A DNA stretch of 64,000 bases from Setoptus koraiensis (lineage: Eukaryota > Animalia > Arthropoda), in the NCBI GenBank assembly GCA_048013815.1, contig CM106586.1, positions 20,832,001-20,896,000 of the forward strand, written 5' to 3'. Position 1 is the first letter of the stretch. Every line of letters starts with the position of its first letter. Below the pieces are notes generated by a model. The model had not been told where the DNA came from. It did no database searches and saw nothing but the letters and a program-made list of their open reading frames with translations. A program made the position numbers and the translations under genes. Positions 53,387-64,000 of this stretch are shown one piece after another.

Positions 53387-56300
53387 TTCTCTTCGCAGCA
53401 TCAGCAGCATCAACAACTCCGTCACCCGTCCTCTTTGTCAAATAATTTCAACATGCCAAACTCAGCAGTAGGTCGAAATCAGAGCGAAAGATAATTATTA
53501 TTAAGTTCACGATTATCATTTCTTGCCAATTATCAGCCACCAATTTATACCATCATTTGAGATAGTGATTATTTTGCAGGTTGTCTGCTTTGGATATTTT
53601 TTTCAGATTTGGACAATAAAAGCAGCATCCAAAAGTGGATTTTTCGAAGAGATTCAATCAATTTTCACCTTAGAATTGACTATTATGGTATTCTGTTCAA
53701 GTTGTTGCCTTCTCAACTGCCCCTGTTCAAGAATACAGTTTAGTCAAATGAGAAAGTCCTCTAGATTATCGCAGTTGTGATATATAGTACAAATGACCAT
53801 TTTGAATGGTCATCTTGGAGACAATTTTGATTAGTGATTAGTAGTGGTTGGAGAAGGTGATTCATTGTGTTCCATTTGTTGCTGAATATTATTGCTTATC
53901 GCGCGCTATCTATTGATAATAATCATTATTTTGACCATGCCTGGCACTTATCACTCACTCTAACCAGATAAATAGTTGAAGTGTCACACTCGGTCGCCTA
54001 TTGGTACATATATTCAAATTTATCAGCAACAACAAACTGTTCAAATAGTGTGTATAGGTACTTGAGTAACAACAACAACTATGTTTTTGTTGTCGATTAG
54101 AATGTTACTATCAACATTTTGCATACAGCAAACCAAAGCGAGTTGTTATTGTGTTCATTGTTTAAGAAAACAAAAAGGCAAGGAAACAACCGATGATTGT
54201 TGAACACACTCTTGTCACACATATGAATTAACTCAATCATCAATTATGTTAACCAATAGCGGTAGTTGTTGTTGTTGTTGTTGTTGTCGTTGTTATACAC
54301 TCAAGAAGTTCTCTGCGAACTACTTCTGGCCACTAGTTGTTATGTGTGTCCTGATAATCTATTTAATAATATATTATTGTCGCCAATGTGGTCATTGTCG
54401 ATGATGGCCACTTGATTGTACAAACAACTGCTGGATCAAACCAGCGAAAGAGGGACAGATTATCTTTCCTGTCATTAGTTGTGACGAAAAACTGCTGAAA
54501 TTCTGTATGCTTCATATCTTTATCATATGAGAGCTGTTGTCAACTAACAATTGTGACATGTCATCTGATCCAAGTGTCGTTATTAAATGTGTTGTTGCAA
54601 AAGATGAGATTTAGAGATAAATGAGCCACCAGATTATTCCTCTTATATTGCAGCACTATTGTTGTTCGACGAAATGATAATGTTGGACAGATTGGCGAAA
54701 AAGAGAATATGTTCCATCGATGTGATTTTAAAGGAACGATTCAGGCCTAAAGCGAATAGCGTACCTATATTTGTATAGGTTTGGTCGTCAAATTACAGCA
54801 ATCTAATCAATATTAAATTAACAACATTAAGATGTCAATATTGGCAACAACAATAGCCCCCAAGCAATCACATAAACGTAGTGCATGTATAGTACAATGC
54901 AAACAACGTTTGTGATAATTGTGTCAATCATCGTGCAACCTAGCAAATGTATGAAAACGTTATATATGCCACAAACCGATTGTTGTTTGTAGCGGGGTCA
55001 CCATTATCGCGGCCCGAAATCGTACAGTTGTTGTTGCAATTGTGAGAGAGACAGTCTAGAGTTCGCGAGCAAGCATTCAGTGTATCATCGGTTACAATTG
55101 ATGTCCGGCCAGGTGAAACTGAACACGCCAGTTGGAGAGAATCGAGCGGTAATTTGTAATATCTTTTATTATCTACAATATGGATGCATGAAGAAGAGTC
55201 TTCTGTGTGGCTATTGACTGGATTTGGATGCTATTTAACAAGGAATAACAAAAGAACTGCTTTGAGCCGGATTATTCCGTGGAGATGGAAGAATTTCCAT
55301 CTATATATATATACATACATACCACACGATCTATTTACTTAACTAAAATTACTTGATTTTTCAATTGAACAGAAACACAACATCAGCAACAAGATTGCTT
55401 GTTAAATGTGTTGAGTGGATAATTCGAACTGTACAGCAAGAAAACACTAAAGAGAAACAACAATTTGATTGGTTACATAATGACTGGCAGTGAAGCTGCA
55501 GCAGCAGTTGCATCAACAATGGCATTCACACACACATACACCAACATTCAAGAGGATGAATGAACCTATTAAGGAATCTCTCTAAAGAATCATGCAGCTA
55601 GACACACAATTGTAGAGAGAATTATCAGTCAATTATGATTATTAGTAGGGACTCAGAATTTACCAGCCAACTCGATGGCTTCTCTTATCTAACATGAATG
55701 AATGGCGATTATATCTTCTTTCTTGCTCATGTCGATTTGTTAATAATTCCTGTGTAAACACACACACGCACACCACATGACAGGTGATGATGAAGAGACT
55801 TAATTTGTTGTTGCCCACAAAGTACTAAACTAAGAAATTCCATGTTAGACTAGCAGGCGCCAAAAGAATATCGTTTAGTGGAAAGATTCGCCTTATCATT
55901 GGTTTGAAAAGGCTGCCTGTCAATTACTGAAAGTCGCAACCAAAAATGTATTACATAATTTTAGTTTTCGCACACACACACACACACACACACACAATAT
56001 GTTTCCACCGTGTAACCATTTTGATTGAATGGCGTGTACGGTGCCTCAAACTACGGCACCAGCAACCCGAATCCACTGAATGAGTGACTGACCATCGTTG
56101 ATGGCTGTCAAGCCAGCTGAGATTAGAGGCGACCAATCAATCAGTATCAAGTTAATAATCATATTATCAATTTGTATCGTAAGCGCTGTATGACTGCTTG
56201 CTCCGATCAATTGATAGATTTGCATTCAAATCCGACGAGTGTTCGCGGATAATTCTTGTTCTTGTTGTTGCGGTTGAGCCAGCATCGAATCAGCTGCCTC

Positions 56301-58102
56301 TATTTCATTGTTGTTGCTGTTGTTGTCAGCAGAATGGCAACTGTTGTCTGACAACAACAGTTGTGAGCTGGATTTTCGCTCTTGGATTGTTGTTAATACA
56401 TGCGTTTCAATATGAATTGTGTTTATATAGGAGCTATTTGCGCCCAATGTGTAGGCGTTTGTGTAATGCATTTTTCATTGGACTAACTATTGTGCAAACG
56501 GGCACGTATTAGCTTAGTTTACTCTAGTAGATGGACTCTTTTTGGAGGCTATCATCCCAATTACTTGATTGCGATAATTTCATCACATTGCATCACACAA
56601 TAGTTATAGATTGTGCGCCTTGACATGAGTCACTGTCGAGTTTTCATGGCTAAATAAGCGCAGCATCGTTATCGAGAACAAAGTTTGTTTGTTTTGTGCA
56701 CAGATTCACAAATACAATCAACTTGTATGTTGATTTGTGCACAATGTGCATAGTTTGTTCGAGCTCTCAATAGAGCACGGTAGAGATTATCGGCACAGTA
56801 TCGCACAATGCCCCAGTTAACCTGTACATAATGTGCGCATTGTTGTAACAAGTATTTTATTATGTAATTTGGGGGCTTTATTATCTTGATTTTTTGTACT
56901 TGACAGTGCACATTCGTGCCTAGTAGAGAGACACATCACTTGAAGCTGCTGGGCGAGCTCACAATGAGCGACAGACGAGCTGGTTGCTGGCGATTATAAG
57001 CGAACAGTTTATGCTTCGGCCCTAATTCATTTTGACTCGATTCCGGTTGCCGGCGCTAACAATCCGACAACAACAACAACTGGCTTGTCTCACATTTGAT
57101 CACTCATTAGAGACAATTAGTTCACCCACTCACACAATCAACGCGATTGTGACTTGATGAGTCAATTTGCCTAATTATTGTTGTTGTTGTTTCTTCAATT
57201 ATGCGCGCGCGCGCGCGCGAGAGAGTTTAAATCAACTAATGAGTTTCTTGTGTCTATCTCACCAAAACACACACACACACACAATTGAATGGCCTCATTT
57301 GGTTGGCTGTTGTTGTGCCGCTGGTGTGTCATACACATTAACAAGTGGTATTCTCACAACAGCCAGCACAGTAACTACAATACGGTGACTAGTATAGTAT
57401 AGTTGGGATGTTGGCGCGCCCATCACTAAATTGTGTGTCAACTGCGAGACACAATTAGTTGGTGAGTAGTTTCGTGGTCCCTTTATAGGCCAATCAAGTT
57501 GCTCGTTGTCGGCACACGCACACGCACACACTCAACCAGAGTCATGCTGGCCAACATTGCGTAACAGGGGCAACCCATTGGAGCCAACTTGACATACTAT
57601 AATTGCAGCATTCTGTTCCGCCGCGTTCCGTTCTGGTTAGTAGATTTGGCAGCGGCGGCAGCGGCAGCAATCGGGCAAAAACGGCAACCACAAAACAAAG
57701 ACGATTAACTTAATTGCATTATAGTGTGCGCGCGACTAGTCGTTCCGTCCTCCGTCCTTCCCCCTCCGGCCCCCGACATGAGTCTTTGCTGGCCGAACCC
57801 CTTAAATAGAGGTATTAGTAGTAGTGGCCGGCCGTAGAAGTGGGGCCCGCTGACAGAAGCGCCGGCATCATGGCCGCCGAACAGCGAGGCCCGCAGAAGC
57901 GGCTTTTGCGACGACAACAACATGGCGCTTGAATCACTTATCACGCAACCATTAACTATCAAGACCATTAGCCTCGTTGCTGACTGCTGGCCATACTAAT
58001 GCCGACATTGTTTATGCTGTTGCGCCGATGGACACACAGACACAACATGGCCGACATGCAAGGCACAGTAACTGTAAACGGTACTGGCTGCGACACTTGT
58101 TT

Positions 58103-58180
58103 ACAACTGCAACTACAACTGCAACTGCAACTACAACTACAACGACAACGACAACGACAACGACAACTACAACTACAACT
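58103..58180. repeat. Hexamer tandem repeat (caactr/caacga)n
   Basis: About 13 units of caactg/caacta/caacga. Confidence 0.9.
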
Positions 58181-59712
58181 AGCCGTGCAACTAGCTCGCT
58201 AAGCTAGCTAGTTGCAGTTGGCCTATAACTGTTAGTGGCGCTGTCGTCGCTGTTGAACGCTGTTGGCGCCGCCACCATTACACACCATTACAGCCAACAT
58301 GCCACCACGATATGATATGACGCAAGATATAAATATTATTATTTATAATCATGAGATTAATGCACTTGTGCAATTGCACTTATCTGTCCTCTGTCGTCTG
58401 TCGGCTGCTCGTTGGCTGGGCCGCTCGGTTGCCGGTCCGTTGCAGTTTTGCTGGCTGTTGTAGTCTTGTTGGCCTGTGTAGGGCAACGCAGCATATCAAT
58501 CTGTTCAATTATGAACTGGCGGCCATGTATTTCGGTTTGGGGTGCGCTCATTCGTGAACACGCCGCAATGAGGCCGCAATGGGGCCGCAATGGGGCTCAG
58601 CGTTACTTAACGTTACGTCGTGCTCGTCCGATGTTGCTGGCCATCGTGGCGACGCAAAACAGATTTGCTGTCGTTGCCGGAGACGCAATTTATCAGTGGC
58701 CAAGTTGCGCACAAATCTCACATACAAACAATTGTGCAAGCAATTGTTTGCGACCAACAATCGACAGGCTGGCGTCAGCCAAGTATGTGGCATCAGCAAG
58801 GTCCAGTTGGTCGCAGTGATTGCGACCACCGGACAGCTCGAAAACATGCTAATCGATGTCGCTTGCCAAGTGGCTCGCCGGCGATCCAGAGCCTGGCTTG
58901 TGGGGCCAGAGGTGGCCGATGCATCGATGGAAGCATCGTCGGTGTCGGTATTCCGACAACAAGACGCACAAGTTTGTGCGAGGCTGGTGCAGTTCAGGCG
59001 GCCCTAGCGGCGTTGCCACAAGACAAATTTTGTCCGCGATCCAACAATCGCTCGATGGTGGCAACACTGGTCAAAAATGCTTGTGTCGTGGTGGAGGCCC
59101 CCTGGCGTCGAGCCCGACCGTTGGCAGTTGGCCGGCACTTGGCTGGCAGTTTGCTGGCAGTTGACGGGCAGTTTGCTGGCAGTTGGAGGGGCGCGCATGC
59201 GCCCGGCTGCAAATTGCAACGCCAGAATGTTGCCTATCTAACATTTGGCGGGCATTTGGCTCAATTATTGGGCTCGCGTTTGTGTGGCGAGTCGCCACTC
59301 CAATAAGCTAGCCTCTGTGGCACAATAATCAAGTGTGAGAGTGCGCAGTGAGCGCGCAGCTATTAGTTATCAAGCAAAGTGATGGCAAAGTGTGTGTGTG
59401 TGTGCCGAGAGAGTGGTACTATAATGCTAACTGCGAACTGCTCCACTTACTGAACATAATAGGACAGCGTGTGCGCGCACATTGATTTTTTGAGCACTTT
59501 AGAGGCTCATAGGAGCCATTTAGAGCGAACGCGGGGGAAGGGGGGCGCGAATTTGTGGAATAAAACAAATTGATCGAACGCAAAACGAGATTCGATTCGC
59601 GCGCGACACACAACAAAGCGACCGCGTCGAACGTCGAACGACCAACGTTTTCTGTGCCACTTTCGTGCAGCACACACACGCCAGATCGCATCGAATAAAG
59701 TGGCAGTAGCTC

Positions 59713-59720
59713 TATATAAG
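59713..59720 (+). promoter_or_regulatory. Candidate TATA box of the homeobox gene
   Basis: TATATAAG 79 nt upstream of the ATG at 59792, in GC-rich surroundings. Confidence 0.5.
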
Positions 59721-59791
59721 CCGGCCAGCAAGCGTCTCGACAAACGGAAATTGGGCAAATCTAGTTTTTATTGTCGCATCAACCGCATCAA

Positions 59792-60166
59792 ATGCTGCTC
59801 AATCCGGCAGGCATATCGCCGCTCCGTTGTGTAGCCTCTATTTACGACACCAGCGCCGCCAATATGACGCACGCACAAGCAGCAACAAACAAGCAACACG
59901 ACGGCCACGACGACCACCACGAGCACGAGCATGAGCATGAGCAACAAGAAATCATCGACATCAGCGCCGAGCAAGCGGCCGTGACAAGTGGCGCTGGCGC
60001 GAAAAAAAGCAGCAAGACCCGCAACAACATGAAGAGCAGCCGCACCATATTCACCAGTTATCAGGTGCGCGAGCTAGAGGAGGCCTTCGTCGAGTCTCAT
60101 TATCCCGACGTGTACGCCAGAGAGATTCTGTCGCAGAAGACCCAGTTGCCCGAGGACAGAATTCAG
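59792..60166 (+). CDS. Vsx: Paired-like (PRD class) homeobox gene, Vsx/Chx10-type, first coding exon only
   Basis: [42 protein letters not shown], followed by CAG|gtgagt at the usual PRD-class intron position before VWFQNRR; closest recalled match is the Vsx homeodomain ([42 protein letters not shown]). Confidence 0.8.
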
Positions 60167-60850
60167 GTGAGTAGCACATGCCCACCGGGGCCCGCATACC
60201 TGCCGATGCTGCGTCCGATGCTGCATTTGTGCACATATATGTGCCTAGTTGTGCACACGTCTGTGCACAGATACGCGTACAGATCTATCGATGTGCTCAG
60301 ATCGAGGGGCCCTCGCGGCCTCTGGGCCGCTTGGCGGCGCGCATCCTAATTGCCTGTCTGATTTATTTATTATTATTTATTTTATCGGCGGCGCGCGCGC
60401 TCGGCGTTTTGTGCATTATATCGCATTGTATTATATTGTAAATCATCATCATTATTATTACATATGCGCCGTTATCATTAATGTCGTCGGCCGTTGGCGG
60501 TTGGCATTATTCAATGCGAGCAGCGCCGGCCGCATCAATTGCGTGTGTGCGGCGCGCTCAAACTTGTGTGTGTGTGCGGCGCGCCGCTTGTCAATTGTTG
60601 ACCTATAATAATTGCGATCAATCATCGGGGGGGGGGGGCCGTAACCGTGCATGATTACCAGCGTGCACGGTCGCGCCAAAACGCACAGAATGCAGCAGCG
60701 CTGTATGCTAATGTGCCCCGGATATAATGATAGATAATTTTGATATAATTGATTGTGCGCGCTTGTTGAGTGCGGGCGTGTATGGGGCTCGCAGTTGCGC
60801 AATCTATTAATTACCATCTTTATCATTATCATTGCCGCAAAACAACGCAT

Positions 60851-60886
60851 GGGCGTATCAACAAGCACGTGCTTGTTGATACGCCC
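60851..60886. repeat. Perfect 36-bp palindrome centred on CACGTG
   Basis: gggcgtatcaacaagcac|gtgcttgttgatacgccc is its own reverse complement. Confidence 0.97.
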
Positions 60887-60992
60887 GCCACAGTCGCTGG
60901 CTGCGTGTCGGGGCGCAACAACCAGCCAGCGCGCCAGTCGACAGATTTGCACTTCCACCGGCACAGAAGTCAAACTGGCTCTTGATTTTCTC

Positions 60993-61104
60993 GCACGCTG
61001 GCGCGCTGGCACGCTGGCACGCTGGCACGCTGGCACGCTGGCACGCTGGCACGCTGGCACGCTGGCACGCTGGCACGCTGGCACTCTGGCACTCTGGCGC
61101 GCTG
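60993..61104. repeat. 8-bp tandem repeat (gctggcac)n, ~14 units
   Basis: Directly visible; produces the spurious CQRASVPA and WHAGTLAR ORFs. Confidence 0.95.
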
Positions 61105-61556
61105 CCACGAGTGGCGCAATCGGCAAATTGGGCCCCGCCGGCGAGCCCCTGATGAAGTGATACACGCCATGGCTACGTGCGCGCCAGTGTGTTTGTGTGT
61201 GCACGAGTACGCGCGAGCACACCATCGATATAAACAAATAACCAACACGTGTAGACCCCGACAAGAATTGATCGCGGGCGCCTCGTTACGCGCCAGCACG
61301 TGCTGCAGCAGCGTGCGTTTATCTCGATTTGTCCCGTCTCTTTGTGTGTGTATGCTCGATTAAGGCATCGCCGAGCAAGATTCCAAACAATTGATCTCGG
61401 GCCCACTTATTGCGCAAACATGTATGTACGGCGGCCTCTCTAGACGCACGCTCTACAATAACAACGAGCGCCCGCAATGATTAGCAATGAGGCGACGGGC
61501 CCCAGTTCAAATTTCAACAACTTTACAGCGAAACAGACTAGCCATGTCGCTCTAAC

Positions 61557-61557
<1 letters not shown>

Positions 61558-61595
<38 letters not shown>
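61558..61595. repeat. (CA)n microsatellite
   Basis: About 19 CA units. Confidence 0.95.
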
Positions 61596-61597
<2 letters not shown>

Positions 61598-64000
61598 TTG
61601 TAGTCAGAGATATCGCGACGATCGCTCGCTCGCAGTCTCAATATCGCGCAACGACAACAGCCACTGTCAAACGGCCGCTGAGCCATTGACAATATATGAC
61701 GCGGGCATCATTAAATAGATGATTGACTACTGTCGGAGCCGCGCCAGAAATACGTGCTCATCGAGCGCTTATTATTGTTGTAATGGTAGTAGTAGTAGTT
61801 GTTGTCGTTGTTGTTGTTGTTGCTGCTGCTGTTGTTGTTGCGTAACGCTGTGGCGTTGAGTTGGCTGGCTGGTTATTGCCGTCGTCATCGTTGTGTGATC
61901 GAGATGTCGGCCAATAATGTAGGCACCATAAAAAGCTGTCTGCAGCCACGTCATCATGTGCCAATCTATGTCACTATAGTTCACGTGACTAATAATACGT
62001 ACATTCGGCCAACAAAGCCCACAAAGGCACACTGACAAACTCAATAACGTATATTGCAATCCTTGTAAACCTCATATATATGTTTATATGGCGTGTGTGT
62101 GTGTGTGCGCGCGCCAACATGATGAGTTTAATTTATCAAAGATAAACAATAAATTCACACAATTATTAACTTGACGCCGCTTGCGTCTAGGCTCTAGTTG
62201 GCCCCTGTCACCAGTTGGCTGCTGCTGCCGCTGAGCTGCCAACTACAACGCCAACAAGAAGAATAGTTTTAACTGGGCAAACTTGCCCGAATTGAGCTCC
62301 AAAATTGGGTGAGAAGTCAACAAAACCTTCGGGCGCCCATTTGGCCCATTAGCCAGACCCAAACAGTGCGGACAGTTAATAATGCAGCTAGTGTCCGCCA
62401 GAATGGAGATGGCACGATGACATGATGGTGACACTAACGGCCTCTCGGTACACTAGCATCGCTAAATTGATGATGTGAATGCATGTCCAAAAGCCAATTG
62501 GCGCACCGTCGGCATAGAGAGGCCAAAAAGAAGCGTGCCGGAGCATCGTCGCCAGCACTTTCATACAAAGTGCAAAGAAGTGTGCAAGTTTCGCCAGCAA
62601 AATTAATAATCTATATACAAGGCAAATCCCATTGTTGTGGTGGATGTAAAGTGTGGTTATACAATAATGATGACTCCTACTACGCCAGCCAATATACACG
62701 CCAATGCACACATATTGTAATAATAATACGTATGGGTGTTGATAACAGCAGTCAGTATTGGTATCAGCTAGTGATATTAATCGTCCAACGCTAGTAATAA
62801 TGGTCTCATTTACAGCACACCAAACACTGGCAATAAATTACCTAAAAAGCTCATATTCTATTAGGCAGATTGACTGAGCCCTTTGAGATTTCTCTAGTTA
62901 CGTAATGAGAAGGACAGTGCTTGTAGTGTTAGTTGCCCTACTCAACAAAGGCCAAACAGTTTGTTATTGCAAACCGTAGAAGTGATACTAAATATATATA
63001 TATATAATACGCTGTAAATGCTGGTACATTATGTTTTGTGTCTATTGTCTAGGCCACACAATAGAGTGAAATGGATCTCAGTGCCTCAAATAAATAGCCG
63101 TTTGACATTAATAACACCAGATAATTTGTGTATTGTTGGCCAACATCAAACTTTTTCTCTCTCTTGAACTAATCGATTGTTCGACCAAACAATTCTACGG
63201 CATATTCGATAGATTACTTCATCGCCTTCATTCTACGACCGTGAAAGCAAGAAGTGAAGCAATTAGTTTTTTTTATCCTCATCTCTTATCTCTCACTCCA
63301 CTACATCTGATCTGCTCTACTTATTATTATTGCCTGATTAAATCCACGCTTGTTGGTGTGAGTGACTAATGCTGCGCAACTAATTAGTATAATCGGTGTC
63401 TACACAGTTGAAAAGAGAATTAATAATAACAACAATTACCATGGCTCAAAACGATTAGGGCAGAATCATTCACTTACTAGTAGGTCTGTTTGTGATATAG
63501 GCCGCAAGAATGCACTCGTGACTCTCTACACATGAGTGATTAGGTCCTAATATGCTTGTGAATATTAGGCGTGCTAATGGACTGTCCTGCATTCGATACG
63601 TCGCCTTTTTCTAATAGCACTATGAGATTCTACCCGACAACTCTTCAGATATGTGAGATAAATAACCCAGATTATACCATTATTAACATCCGAAAAGTTC
63701 ATTGCATCGTAGGGAGGTTGCGAACGTACTTCTTTAGATTTAGAGAATGGCCTAGCAGATGCACTTCCGTCATTTGAACTTGTTACATTCATAGAGTATC
63801 AAAGAATCAATCAGCACGATGAAAAATATCATAGGTAGCCCTTCGGCTGACCACAACTGCCTACTGCCCGAGCAGTCGTTTTCAATCATCCAAATCCTGT
63901 TGGAATGGTGGATTTTTCGTGTTAATGACTCGTTCAGTGTTCGGCATTCTAACATGGTGGTGACAAAGTATTCACCGTGGTGAGATTCGCGCCTCTATCT

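Larger units (their letters stand above)
52400..64000. other. Gene-poor, simple-repeat-rich regulatory domain around a homeobox gene
   Basis: No long ORFs other than the homeobox exon; dense (CA)n, (CT)n, (CAA)n and (CG)n tracts; CpG-rich at ~57.6-62.3 kb. Confidence 0.7.

Noticed and set aside
53793-53813. 9-bp perfect hairpin atgaccatt-ttg-aatggtcat
   Set aside because: Too short for a pre-miRNA and expected by chance in 64 kb.
57900-62800. Many overlapping 60-270 aa ORFs in the GC-rich repeat region
   Set aside because: They derive from simple repeats and high GC content, show no motifs, and none encodes the missing homeodomain helix.

Overview
Eukaryotic (arthropod-like) genomic DNA from a very compact genome. 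Bases 1-52.4 kb hold about 21 tightly packed, mostly housekeeping genes that are intronless or carry 1-3 mostly short (76-115 nt; one 289 nt) GT-AG introns. They are: V-ATPase E/B, an obstructor-like chitin-binding protein, a DDX5-like helicase, SIK, OGDH, CZIB/C1orf123, MEP-1, UBE2R/Cdc34, TRIP12, CLPB, AMACR, GID8, ZIP7, eIF3i, PSMC4/Rpt3, GPI and several orphans. Bases 52.4-64 kb are gene-poor and microsatellite-rich and contain one exon of a Vsx-type homeobox gene. The compaction resembles a miniaturised mite genome, but this is inference and no taxon is provable here. The main discovery is repeated sharing or capture of gene 5' ends between unrelated genes. (1) An uninterrupted in-frame V-ATPase subunit E-subunit B fusion. 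(2) A DDX5-like helicase and OGDH share an inverted ~1 kb copy of promoter, exon 1, a 107-nt intron and a 61-aa mitochondrial-type leader. (3) Head-to-head eIF3i and PSMC4 share a leader exon, a donor, a 28-nt second UTR exon and the peptide MKPL(A/T)LHG. (4) V-ATPase E and TRIP12 share a ~290 bp upstream block. (5) A directional promoter cassette with inverted CTGGGTGTAAT ends recurs upstream of several of these genes. Also found: an unannotated 50-aa secreted Gly/Lys peptide gene, a ~580 bp foldback MITE and a perfect 36-bp palindrome. All alignments were done by eye; no database searches were run.
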